This document shows positions 25,210 to 38,026 of a stretch of 64,000 nucleotides of DNA, in pieces. A program made the translations under genes and the position numbers. The notes beneath the pieces were generated by a model. The model did not search any database, was not told the origin of the DNA, and was given only the letters and a program-made list of their open reading frames with translations. Source of the stretch: Eledone cirrhosa (taxonomy: Eukaryota); contig OZ024761.1 of NCBI GenBank assembly GCA_964016885.1, forward strand, positions 4,526,001-4,590,000. Direction: 5' to 3'. Each line of letters begins with the position of its first letter. Positions within the stretch are counted from its first letter, which is position 1.

Positions 25210-28200
25210 CCAATAGAGAGATAGACTCCACCTCAGACCAGTAGAGAGGTGGACTCCGCCTGAGGTCAGTAGAGAGAAGGACTCCGCCTGGGGTCAGTAG
25301 AGAGGTGGACTCCGCCTGGGGTCAGTAGAGAGATAGACTCCGCCTCAGGTCAGTAGAGAGATAGACTCCGCCTCAGACCAGTAGAGAGATGGACTCCGCC
25401 TGAGGTCAGTAGAGACGTGGACTCCGCCTGGGGTCAGTAGAGAGATGGACTCCGCCTGGGGTCAGTAGAGAGACGGACTCCGCCTCAGACCAGTAGAGAG
25501 ATGGACTCCGCCTGAGGTCAGTAGAGACGTGGACTCCGCCTGGGGTCAGTAGAGAGATGGACTCCGCCTCAGACCAGTAGAGAGATAGACTCCGCCTGAG
25601 GTCAGTAGAGAGGTGGACTCCGCCTGGGGTCAGTAGAGAGGTGGACTCCGCCTCAGACCAGTAGAGAGATGGACTCCGCCTGAGGTCAGTAGAGAGGTGG
25701 ACTCCGCCTGGGGTCAGTAGAGAGACGGACTCCGCCTGAGGTCAGTAGAGAGATAGACTCCGCCTGAGGTCAGTAGAGAGATGGACTCCGCCTGGGGTCA
25801 GTAGAGAGGTGGACTCCGCCTCAGACCAGTAGAGAGATGGACTCCGCCTGAGGTCAGTAGAGAGATAGACTCCGCCTGAGGTCAGTAGAGAGATGGACTC
25901 CGCCTGAGGTCAGTAGAGAGATGGACTCCGCCTCAGACCAGTAGAGAGATGGACTCCGCCTGAGGTCAGTAGAGAGATGGACTCCGCCTCAGACCAGTAG
26001 AGAGATGGACTCCGCCTGAGGTCAGTAGAGAGATAGACTCCGCCTCAGACCAGTAGAGAGATGGACTCCGCCTGAGGTCAGTAGAGAGATAGACTCCGCC
26101 TGAGGTCAGTAGAGAGATAGACTCCGCCTGGGGTCAGTAGAGAGGTGGACTCCGCCTCAGACCAGTAGAGAGATGGACTCCGCCTGAGGTCAGTAGAGAG
26201 ATAGACTCCGCCTGAGGTCAGTAGAGAGATGGACTCCGCCTGAGGTCAGTAGAGAGATGGACTCCGCCTCAGACCAGTAGAGAGATGGACTCCGCCTGAG
26301 GTCAGTAGAGAGATAGACTCCGCCTCAGACCAGTAGAGAGATGGACTCCGCCTGAGGTCAGTAGAGAGATAGACTCCGCCTGAGGTCAGTAGAGAGATAG
26401 ACTCCGCCTGGGGTCAGTAGAGAGGTGGACTCCGCCTCAGACCAGTAGAGAGATGGACTCCGCCTGAGGTCAGTAGAGAGATAGACTCCGCCTGAGGTCA
26501 GTAGAGAGATGGACTCCGCCTGAGGTCAGTAGAGAGATGGACTCCGCCTCAGACCAGTAGAGAGACGGACTCCGCCCGAGGTCAGTAGAGAGATAGACTC
26601 CGCCTGAGGTCAGTAGAGAGATAGACTCCGCCTGAGGTCAGTAGAGAGATAGACTCCGCCTGAGGTCAGTAGAGAGATAGACTCCGCCTGAGATCAGTAG
26701 AGAGACGGACTCCGCCCGAGGTCAGTAGAGAGGTGGACTCCGCCTGAGGTCAGTAGAGATGGACTCCGCCTCAGACCAGTAGAGAGACGGACTCCGCCTG
26801 AGGTCAGTAGAGAGATAGACTCCGCCTGAGGTCAGTAGAGAGATGGACTTCGCCTGAGGTCAGTAGAGAGATAGACTTCGCCTGGGGTCAGTAGAGAGAT
26901 AGACTCCGCCTGAGGTCAGTAGAGAGATGGACTTCGCCTGAGGTCAGTAGAGAGATGGACTCCGCCTCAGACCAGTAGAGAGACGGACTCCGCCTGAGGT
27001 CAGTAGAGAGATAGACTCCGCCTGAGGTCAGTAGAGAGATAGACTCCGCCTGAGGTCAGTAGAGAGACGGACTCCGCCCGAGGTCAGTAGAGAGGTGGAC
27101 TCCGCCTGAGGTCAGTAGAGAGATGGACTCCGCCTGAGGTCAGTAGAGAGATGGACTCCGCCTGGGCTCAGTAGAGAGGTGGACTCCACCTAAGGTCAGT
27201 AGAGAGATGGACTCCACCTGAGGTCAGTAGAGAGATGGACTCCACCTCAGGTCAGTAGAGAGATAGACTCCGCCTCAGGTCAGTAGAGAGATGGACTCCG
27301 CCTCAGACCAGTAGAGAGACGGACTCCGCCTGAGGTCAGTAGAGAGATAGACTCCGCCTGAGGTCAGTAGAGAGATGGACTCCGCCTGAGGTCAGTAGAG
27401 AGGTGGACTCCGCCTGAGGTTAGTAGAGAGGTGGACTCCGCCTGAGGTCAGTAGAGAGATGGACTCCGCCTGAGGTCAGTAGAGAGATGGACTCCGCCTG
27501 GGCTCAGTAGAGAGGTGGACTCCACCTGAGGTCAGTAGAGAGATGGACTCCACCTCAGGTCAGTAGAGAGATGGACTCCGCCTCAGACCAGTAGAGAGAC
27601 GGACTCCGCCTGAGGTCAGTAGAGAGATAGACTCCGCCTGAGGTCAGTAGAGAGATAGACTCCGCCTGAGGTCAGTAGAGAGATGGACTCCGCCTCAGAC
27701 CAGTAGAGAGACGGACTCCGCCTGAGGTCAGTAGAGAGATAGACTCCGCCTCAGGTCAGTAGAGAGATAGACTCCGCCTGAGGTCAGTAGAGAGATGGAC
27801 TCCGCCTCAGACCAGTAGAGAGGTGGACTCCGCCTGAGGTCAGTAGAGAGATAGACTCCGCCTCAGACCAGTAGAGAGATGGACTCCGCCTGAGGTCAGT
27901 AGAGAGATAGACTCCGCCTCAGACCAGTAGAGAGATCGACTCCGCCTGAGGTCAGTAGAGAGATAGACTCCGCCTGAGGTCAGTAGAGAGATAGACTCCG
28001 CCTCAGACCAGTAGAGAGATGGACTCCGCCTGGGCTCAGTAGAGAGGTGGACTCCACCTGAGGTCAGTAGAGAGATGGACTCCACCTCAGGTCAGTAGAG
28101 AGATGGACTCCGCCTCAGACCAGTAGAGAGACGGACTCCGCCTGAGGTCAGTAGAGAGATAGACTCCGCCTCAGACCAGTAGAGAGATGGACTCCGCCTG

Positions 28201-29878
28201 AGGTCAGTAGAGAGATAGACTCCGCCTCAGACCAGTAGAGAGATGGACTCCGCCTGAGGTCAGTAGAGAGATAGACTCCGCCTCAGACCAGTAGAGAGAT
28301 GGACTCCGCCTGAGGTCAGTAGAGAGATAGACTCCGCCTCAGACCAGTAGAGAGATGGACTCCGCCTGGGCTCAGTAGAGAGGTGGACTCCACCTGAGGT
28401 CAGTAGAGAGATGGACTCCACCTCAGGTCAGTAGAGAGATGGACTCCGCCTCAGACCAGTAGAGAGACGGACTCCGCCTGAGGTCAGTAGAGAGATGGAC
28501 TCCACCTCAGGTCAGTAGAGAGATGGACTCCGCCTCAGACCAGTAGAGAGACGGACTCCGCCTGAGGTCAGTAGAGAGATAGACTCCGCCTCAGACCAGT
28601 AGAAAGACGGACTCCGCCTGAGGTCAGTAGAGAGATAGACTCCGCCTCAGACCAGTAGAGAGATGGACTCCGCCTGAGGTCAGTAGAGAGATAGACTCCG
28701 CCTCAGACCAGTAGAGAGATGGACTCCGCCTGAGGTCAGTAGAGAGATGGACTCCGCCTGAGGTCAGTAGAGAGATAGACTCCGCCTGAGGTCAGTAGAG
28801 AGACGGACTCCGCCTGAGGTCAGTAGAGAGATAGACTCCGCCTGAGGTCAGTAGAGAGATGGACTCCGCCTGAGGTCAGTAGAGAGGTGGACTCCGCCTG
28901 AGGTTAGTAGAGAGGTGGACTCCGCCTGAGGTCAGTAGAGAGACGGACTCCGCCCGAGGTCAGTAGAGAGGTGGACTCCGCCTGAGGTCAGTAGACAGAC
29001 GGACTCCGCCCGAGGTCAGTAGAGAGATGGACTCCGCCCGAGGTCAGTAGAGAGATGGACTCCGCCTGAGGTCAGTAGAGAGGTGGACTCCGCCTGAGGT
29101 CAGTAGAGAGATGGACTCCGCCTGAGGTCAGTAGAGAGATGGACTCCGCCTGGGCTCAGTAGAGAGGTGGACTCCGCCTGAGGTCAGTAGAGAGATAGAC
29201 TCCGCCTGAGGTCAGTAGAGAGATGGACTCCGCCTGAGGTCAGTAGAGAGATGGACTCCACCTGAGGTCAGTAGAGAGATGGACTCCACCTCAGGTCAGT
29301 AGAGAGATAGACTCCGCCTCAGGTCAGTAGAGAGATGGACTCCGCCTCAGACCAGTAGAGAGACGGACTCCGCCTGAGGTCAGTAGAGAGATGGACTCCG
29401 CCTGAGGTTAGTAGAGAGGTGGACTCCACCTGGGGTCAGTAGAGAGATAGACTCCGCCTGGGGTCAGTAGAGAGGTGGACTCCACCTGGGGTCAGTAGAG
29501 AGATAGACTCCGCCTGAGGTCAGTAGAGAGATGGACTCAGCCTCAGACCAGTAGAGAGATGGACTCCACCTGGGGTCAGTAGAGAGATAGACTCCGCCTG
29601 AGGTCAGTAGAGAGGTGGACTCCACCTGGGGCCAGTAGAGAGATAGACACAGCCTGAGGTCAGTAGAGAGATGGACTCAGCCTCAGACCAGTAGAGAGAT
29701 GGACTCCACCTGGGGTCAGTAGAGAGATAGACTCCGCCTGGGGTCAGTAGAGAGATAGACTCAGCCTCAGACCAGTAGAGAGATGGACTCCACCTGGGGT
29801 CAGTAGAGAGATAGACTCCGCCTGAGGTCAGTAGAGAGATAGACTCCGCCTGAGGTCAGTAGAGAGGTGGACTCCGCC
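25210..29878. repeat. Satellite B: 28-bp unit GGACTCCGCCTGAGGTCAGTAGAGAGAT, ~165 copies, with a TCAGACCAG variant
   Basis: Directly visible. Confidence 0.97.
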
Positions 29879-30154
29879 AGGTTTAAACATCCATGAGACG
29901 CTGTATGTCATAACGGTGCCCCTACGACTCCACCAACAGTTAATGTCTGATGCCTGTCATACAACACTAACCCCACCCCCACCCAGTCTGCAATAATGGT
30001 ATTTTTGCGTCTCCAGGGGTGTCTTTTCTCACCTATAATCAATGCTGACCACTGTTATTATGAACACTTGCGTCGGGGTAGACACACTTCAAATCTTCCC
30101 AATATTTATTAACTGAACCGTTGTTTATAATTTTCTGTCTGTCTGTCTGTATGT

Positions 30155-30763
30155 ATGTCAGGTCACCAGTTGGTGCTACTGGTAACATGCACCCCAGTAC
30201 AATCTGTCTCATGGTCGGGTCGTTGGCGACTAAACTGGCAGCCCCACCAAGGTTTCTTGGTGAGGAGGCTGACTTTGGACATCCTGCAGGACTAAAAACA
30301 AAACCTGTCAAAGGGCAAAGGAGCTCTTAAGAGTCAATGGCCATTCAAAATCACCGGGAGAGATGACCCCTTAGCCTTTGTCAAGGCAGAATTCTAGGAG
30401 AAGGAAAACTCTGATATAACACCTGCAACACTGATGGTATCCAATGATGTTGACTTGTTCTTCTTTTTGGTAAATATCATCTTGGTTAAGAGAGTGGGAC
30501 TGGCTTTGTGCAGTGCCTTTGCTAACTATAAAAGCTTCACGGCACAGGCATTGCTTTATATCTAGAGATCTCTCTGCACTTGTCGTCATATGGTGCCATA
30601 GGCCCAGCACTATGTGTCAATAATTGTCACAAGTGTAGTGTTTGTACCAGAGTTTTCAAGTCGCTGGCTGGACTAAAAAGTCACACTCGTTCAGCGCATC
30701 GGTAGGGGTTCTCCTTCATGGATATAAAGTAGTGGCCGTACTCGAAAACGAGTTGGCAGCCAC
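30155..30763 (+). mobile_element. Bipartite RTE derivative, copy 3
   Basis: 5' GTCAGGTCACCAGTTGG...CTAGGAGAAGGAAAACTCTGAT joined to CHKCSVCTRVFKSLAGLKSH, then 3' UTR and (TATG)n tail. Confidence 0.8.
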
Positions 30764-30779
30764 GATGTATGTATGCATG

Positions 30780-31160
30780 TCTCTCTCATTGGAATTTACA
30801 CAACATCAACTCGGTAGATATGTATGTATGCATGCTTGTGTAGATATGGATGTTATTGTATGTGTGGATGTGTATGTTTTGAGTTGTATGTGTGCATGTA
30901 TAAATGCTTTGCATGTGTACATGTGTATATGCAGTTACTAGATGCAAAATTTTTGGAATGTTTTACATATTTTTACTGTTCCATTAATGGATTGTACTTG
31001 TAATTTCCTAACTAGTTGTGTTCTTTCTATTCCTGTGAAGCCTAGCTTCTCAAGATTTGTATTGAGGCAGTTACTAGCATACCCCAGTGTCCCAATAATC
31101 ACAGGCATAAATCTGAAGGTGTAGAGTATCTGCAGATTTCTCATCAGTTCTGCATAAATA
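30780..31160 (-). mobile_element. R4/Dong-like family A, 3' end
   Basis: MRNLQIL..FMPVIIG...KICKTFQKFCI plus 3' UTR. Confidence 0.85.
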
Positions 31161-31164
31161 CTAT

Positions 31165-33750
31165 GTTATCTCTTTCTCTTATTTCGAGTATATTTTTTTG
31201 ACCGGCCACCTTCCTGGTGGCAAGGTTGTAAAAGAAAAGAAATTGTCATCCCTTGAATCGCAAAAATGTTTTGCAAATTTTGAAGGTGCCAGCCATCGCA
31301 GCCATTTGTAGACTATGAATTAGGGAGCTGCGCTCTTTGTCCGCAAATCCAAGTTCAGTCATACATTGGTCCAAGCGGGTTGGTATATAACCCGTAGCTC
31401 CAATAATGATGGGTATGAAGCTAAAGGTATATCTTGGATACTGGATTAGTAAATTCCTCATCAATGGTCTGTAGATGTCCTCCTTCTCCTGTATTTTTCT
31501 GACAACGTTTACATCAAGTGGGCAGCTGATCTCCACAACAGAACACCTTTTCAATGTGTAGTTCCAAACAACAATATCAGGCCGGTTGTGCCTTAATTTG
31601 GTGGCAGTTTTTATTTTCAGGTTCCACCAGTATTCCTTAGTGCCATCTGTCTCAACATATTCCTCCTCATTTGTTGTTAATTTTGTTTTCCGAAGTGCGT
31701 TCCAGATGGTTCTAGCTATCCCATCGTGTCTCATGGGAGGTAGTAGCGAGATGACATTCTTTCGCAGCTGGCAACAATGTGGCTTACATCCTCGATCTTT
31801 GTTTTACATAGCCTACATTTATTGTCAGTTGATGGCCCTCCCCTTTTGTGTAGCAGATATTTGGTAGGGAGTTCTTGTTCCTGTATTGCATAGAGATATC
31901 CCTCAAGGTGTGATGTCATAAACTTGTCGGAACTCCATGCCAGGCTTTTTGAGTGGTTTATCCCCTCTATGGTCTGTGTTTTACGTCTCAAGTATCCATG
32001 CACAACTTTTTCTGTAAATTGGTCAATTTTTTCATCTTGTTTGAACATTGAATAGGATCTTCCGATTTCTCTGGGTGAGAGATTTATATCAGGCATTATT
32101 CCATATCTCTCCTCCAGATCAGTGGCTATTCTAAAGATTTTTTTTTTTTTTTAATGCTCATAAACCTGGGCAAGATGGTTGCCAACCTTTTTCCTCTGTT
32201 GAAGATGTTGCTTGAGTGTTACTATCCGGGTCTCATATGATGTTAATATGGATTTTAGACCCCGGCCACCTTCCTTGCGTGAGAAGTATAGCCTATCCAT
32301 ATCACCTTTGATGTTAAAGTTCTCAGTAACACTGAGAAGTTTGCGAGTTCTAACATCCATCTCACTTAGTTCTTGCAATGACCAGTTCAGCAGGCCAAAT
32401 GTTGGCGTTAGAATTAGCACAGCATAAGTATTGTGGGCAATGTATTTGTTGTACGCTCACAGTTCTGATGACCATATTTTCTTTACTCTTCTGAGGTATT
32501 CAGTTTTGGTTCTCTCCTTATTTATGGGTCCATCATATCTGACATTCTCATCCTGTCCAAGATATCTGTAGTTGTCACTTGACTGTAGAGGTTGTATTGT
32601 CAGGCTGTTCATCTCTAGATTTCCAGAGGAGGGCACAGCTCTTCCACGTTTTACTGCCAAATATGCACACTTGGACTCACCAAATTTCATTTTGATGTCT
32701 GTTGAAAATTGTGTAATGAGGTCCAATTGTTTCTTGATGTCATTGATATTTGGCCCATACAACTTCAAGTCATCAACAAAGAAAAGATGGGAGATACTTC
32801 TGGACTCACTTCTTTGTCCACCTTGTTTCCTGAGTAGGTAAGATAGTGGATTCAGTGAGAGAAGGAAGAGTAGCACAGGCAAGCTATCACCCTGAAATAT
32901 GCCCTTCTGGTAATGTATCTTATCAGTCTTAACTTGCTCCTTCTCACCTCTAAGGATCAAATTGGTGTACCAGTTCTTGGTCAGACGTTCAACAGCAACT
33001 ACCAGTGGTTGTGGGACTTTAGCTAACTGTAAAGCCTTAACAATCCACCCATGAGGTACACTATCAAATGCTTTTTGATATTCCAGCCACACCACAGTCA
33101 TGTTTCTGCGATTCTTTGTTGTTTTTTCTTGAATCATTTTATTAGTTAGTAGGTGATCTATGCAACACCACACCTCCCTCTTTCCACCAGCTCGCTCAGG
33201 TGTTATGATGTTGTTGGTAGCACAGTGATCCTGTAAGAACAGGTTAAGGCACCCATATATAATTTATACATGATGTTTTGGCAGGCTATTAGGCGGTAAT
33301 TTTTAGCAAGGGTGGTTTGGCTATTTTGGGGAATGAGGAGAGTAGTGGCAGTTGATAACCATCTGGGCAGTTCTTGTGTGCCTTTAATGGTTTCTGTAAA
33401 CAGTCGTATGAGATCTTGCCGATAGAAAGTGAAATTATTCAACCAGTATCCTGTAATGAGGTCTGGGCCTGATGATTTCCTATTCGACATTTTCTGTAGA
33501 GCTGTTTCCAGTATTGACCCATCTATGTCATATTGTTTTGTCTGGACATGTTGGCAGTAGTCCTGTTCCAGTTCTTTTAGTCAATTAGTTTGTCTGTTGA
33601 ATCCGTCATCCGTTTTCCATACAGATCTTCAGTAGCTCTCAACCTGTTCTTTTGAAGGGGTGTCATTTACAGAGATTGAGCTTTTGCCACCGAATCTGAT
33701 TTAGGATCTCTGGCAAACAATCTATTTAGCACTTGTCGTTTATGTGCAGT
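31165..33750 (-). mobile_element. R4/Dong-like family B, fragmented RT-CCHC-RLE
   Basis: KSSGPD, NYR.I.C, YQKAFDSVPH, GIFQGDSL, FFVDDLKLY, CRLC..H..C, RPD..VEIS. Confidence 0.9.
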
Positions 33751-33784
33751 TGACTTATATTTTATGTATTTATGTATGTATGTA

Positions 33785-34072
33785 TGTTCTTCAGGTTTTA
33801 TAATTTCACAAATGTTTTCCCAATAGAGAGAGAGTCGGTTTCTAACATAGACACAAGACTCTCTCATTGGAATTTACACATCAACTAGGTAGATGTGTAT
33901 GTATGTTTGCATCGATGCACGTGTAGATTTGGATGTTATTGTATGTGTGGATGTGGATGTTTTGAGTTGTATGTGTGCATGTGTATATGCTTTGTATCTG
34001 TACATGTGTATATGCAGTTATTAGATGCAAAATCTTTGGAATGTTTTACATATTTTACTGTTCCATTAATGG

Positions 34073-34103
<31 letters not shown>

Positions 34104-34343
34104 TGTATGTATGTATGTATGTATGTATGTATGTATGTATGTATGTATGGATTGTACTAATTTCCTAATTAGTTGTGTTCTTTCTGTTCCTGTTAAGCCC
34201 AGCTTCTCAAGATTTGTATTGAGGCCGTTACTAGCATACTCCAGTGCCCCAATAATCACAGGCATAAACCTGAAGGTATAGTCAGAGTAGGGTATGTATG
34301 TATCGATACGTATCAATATGTATATTTGTATATCTGTCTGTCC

Positions 34344-34377
<34 letters not shown>

Positions 34378-36925
34378 ATATATGTACATATGTATATATG
34401 TCTGTATGTATGTGTATGTGTGTAAATATGTATGTATGTTTGTATGTTTCTCTTTCTCTTTTAATTTCGAGTACATTTTTGACCGGCCACCTTCCTGGTG
34501 GCAAGGTTGTAAAAGAAAAGAAATTGTCATCCTTTGAATCGCAAGAATGTTTTGTAAATTTTGAAGGTGCCAGCTATCGCAGCCATTTGTAGTCTAGGAA
34601 TTAGGGATCTGCGATCTTTGTCCACAAATCCAAGTTCAGTTCCACTTTGGTCCAAGCGGGTTGGTATATAACCCGTAGCTCCAATAATGATGGGTATGAA
34701 ACTGAAGGTCGATATTGGATGTCCTCCTTCTCCTGTATTTTTCTTACAACATTGACATCAAGTGGGCAGCTGATCTCTACAACAGAACACGTTTTCAATG
34801 TGTGGTCCCAAACAACAATATCAGGCCGGTTGTGCTTTAATTTGGTGACAGTTTTTATCTTCAGGTTCCACCAGTATTCCTTAGTGCCATCTGTCTCAAC
34901 ATATTCCTCCTCATTTGTTTCTAATTTTGTTTTCCTAATTGCGCTCCAGATGGTTCTAGCTGTCAGATCGTGTCTCATGGGGAGGTAGTAACGAGACGAC
35001 ATCCTTTCACAGCTGGCAACAATGTGGCTTACATCTTCGATCTTTGTTTTACATAGCTTACATTTACTGTCAACTGATGGCCCTCCCCTTTTGTGTAGCA
35101 GATATTTGGTAGGGATTTCTTGTTCCTGTATTGCATAGATATATACAGTATATACATATATACACACTGTTGGATGGCCGTTGACATCCCGCATGTTGTC
35201 CAGTCCCCTTCCTCACCAAGTAAACTTGTGACCGGTTATACTGGGATACATGTTACCAGTAGCACTCAGAAATCACCTGCGATGGTTGTCTATATTGCAT
35301 TCAGGAATTGCGAGCATGGTGTTTACATCCAATATCGAACCTCTGGCAGCATATCCGGCGCTTTGCTGCAAAAACAAAAGTATTTATCTCTATCATAAGA
35401 GACATTTTGAATGCATTTTCTGATGCTTGCACTGCCCTAGGATTGACTGTCAGTCTCAAGAAAACCATCGTCATGTACCAACCTGCCCTGGTAAGCAGTA
35501 CAGTAAGCCAAATATCTATATGTATGGTAAACGACTTGGAGTGGTTGATCAGTTTGTCTACCTGGGAAGCGCTGTCAATCGATACAGCAACCTTGATAAT
35601 GAAATCCCACTCAGGATTAGGAAAGCAAGTGATGCTTTCGGAAAGCTAGAAAGGCGACTCTGGGGTCGGCGAGACATAAGCAAGGAGACAAAGGTAAAGG
35701 TGTACAAGGCATGTGTGCTCTCTTCTCTTCTTTATGCCTGCGAGACCTGGGTCACATATCGATACCACCTTAAGCAATTGGAGCGTTTCCATCAGATGTG
35801 TCTGAGAATAGTTGGAATGTTCACCTTACCAGGATGAAGGATTCTAGAATAGCCACAAGACTCTCTCATTGGAATTTACACAACATCAACTAGGTAGATT
35901 ATGCATGCATGCATGTGTAGATATGGATGTTATTGTATGTGTGGATGTGTATGTTTTCAGTTGTATGTGTGCATGTGTTTATGCTTTGTATCTGTACATG
36001 TGTATATGCAATTATTAGATGCAAAATGTTTGGAATGTTTTACATATTTTTACAGTTCCATTAATGGATTGTACTTGTAATTTCCTAACTAGTTGTGTTA
36101 TTTCTGTTCCCGTGAAGCCTAGCTTCTCAAGATTTGTATTGAGGCAGTTACTAACATACCCCAGTGCCCCAATAATCACAGGCATAAATCTGAAGGTGTA
36201 ATCAGGGTGGAGTATCTGCAGATTTCTCATCAGTTCTGCATAAATATTCTCCTTTTCACTAATCTTTGATATTATATTGGCATCTGCTGGGCAACTAACT
36301 TCCACTACTGTGCATGTTTTCTTCTCCCTGTCCCATATCCTAATATCTGGTCTGTTATGCCTGCATTTTATTGGGGGTTTTACCGGAACATTCCACCAGT
36401 ACTCTTTCATATTATGTATATGTATGTCTTCCACATTGCTGTAGCTTTTAATGTGTTTATTATGAATGTATGTCTATATGTATGTATGTATGTATGTATG
36501 TATGCATGTATGCATGTATGCATGTATGCATGTATGTATGTATGTATGTATGTACGTACGTACGTACGTATGTACGTATGTACGTATGTATGTATGTATG
36601 TATGTATGTATGTATGTATGTATGTATGTATGTATGCATGTATGTATGTATGTACGTACGTACGTATGTATGTACGTATGTATGTATGTATGTACGTATG
36701 TATGTGTGTGTGTGTGTGTGTGTGTATATGTTTCTCTTTCTCTTAATTTCGAGTACATTTTTGACCGGCCACCTTCCTGGTGGCAAGGTTGTAAAAGAAA
36801 AGAAATTGTCATCCCTTGAATTGCAAGAATGTTTTGCAAATCTTTAAGGTGCCAGCTATCGTAGCCATTTGTAGTCTATGAATTAGGAAGCTGCGCTCTT
36901 TGTCCCCAAATCCAAGTTCAGTTAT
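33785..36925 (-). mobile_element. Train of Dong-like 3' ends: A (33785-34290), B (34445-35140), A (35857-36461), B (36728-36925), separated by (TATG)n; approximate bounds
   Basis: Repeated family-specific C-termini and 3' UTRs. Confidence 0.85.
35280..35850 (+). mobile_element. RTE fragment of the same family as 17485-20205
   Basis: RIRKASDAFGKLERRLWGRRDI...YACETW is near-identical to 18317-18631. Confidence 0.88.
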
Positions 36926-36939
36926 ATCGATATGTATGC

Positions 36940-38026
36940 ATGTATGAACCCAATATCATGGTTGATGGAACCAGGTTGGGAGTAGTAGATAAATGTGTCT
37001 ACTTGGGTAGCACACTGTCAAACGATGGCTCCTTGGATGCTGAAATACATCTGCGCATTCAGAAGGCCTCCGGAAATGAGAGTTTAGGCAAATCGCAACA
37101 TTACCGACAATACCAAGGTGTGTGTGTATAGAGCATGTGTTCTATCTGCTCTTTTATACTCCGCCAAACCCTGGACACTATTCCGCAAACATATCAAATT
37201 GTTTGAGCGCCTTCAAGAGAAATCTCTAAGGCGCATATTCAACATCAAGTGGCAAGACAAAACTCCGGACATCCATGTCCTTATCAAAGCAGAATGTCCA
37301 AACATTGAGTCCCAAGTAACATCTTCTCAAATGCGTTGGACAGGACATAGCGTCCTTATGAAAGAAAGCAGGATCCCGAAGCAACTGTTTTACGGTGAGC
37401 TCCATCTTGGAAAAAGACCTCAACACAAACCTAAAAGGGGGTACAAGGACAGCATAAAGAACAACCTCAAAGAGCTGGCATTTGGTGTAGACAACTGGGA
37501 GGAGGTAGCTCTAAATAGGGCTGAGTGGAGAAAGTGCATAAAGGGCAGTTGCAAAACTTTTGAGGAATGTCGTCTAGAACATAAACAGTTGAAGCGTAAG
37601 CTCCGGAAGGGCTGTGCTTACAGTCTTGAAGAAGTCATCAGTAGTTGGATATGTAGTTTCTGTCATCGTGTACTCCTCTGAAAGGCTGGTTATGTTAATC
37701 ACCTGAAGTCACATGAAAGGATAACCGCCGGCAACGCCACTCAACGAAGACCTGGCGAAACATCGTGATATGTAACAAAGTGTGTAGAACTAGTTTAGGA
37801 CTAAAACAACACATGGCGGTACATAAAGATTGTGTTCAACAGGGTGACCCCCCCCCCCACCGGTCCTGTGGAAAGGACAGGACAACTCTCTTCTGTCACC
37901 CGTGTAGTAAACCATGCAGATCTACAGCTGGTCTATAAAGTCAGCTACGAAGTCGTGGACATCGATGTGATGGCAATGAAGAATCAACAAGAGGCGGCAA
38001 TTGTCTGAGAAGATGCTGCAATCCTC
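36940..38026 (+). mobile_element. RTE 3' part (second subfamily) with degenerate zinc fingers
   Basis: YLGSTLS, MRWTGH..RIPKQLFYGEL, CSFC..NHLKSH; (TATG)-type tail runs into satellite C. Confidence 0.85.

Noticed and set aside
30155-30245. HDV-like ribozyme at the RTE-derivative 5' end
   Set aside because: P4, CTAA and P2-like pieces exist, but P1, P3 and L3 could not be built.
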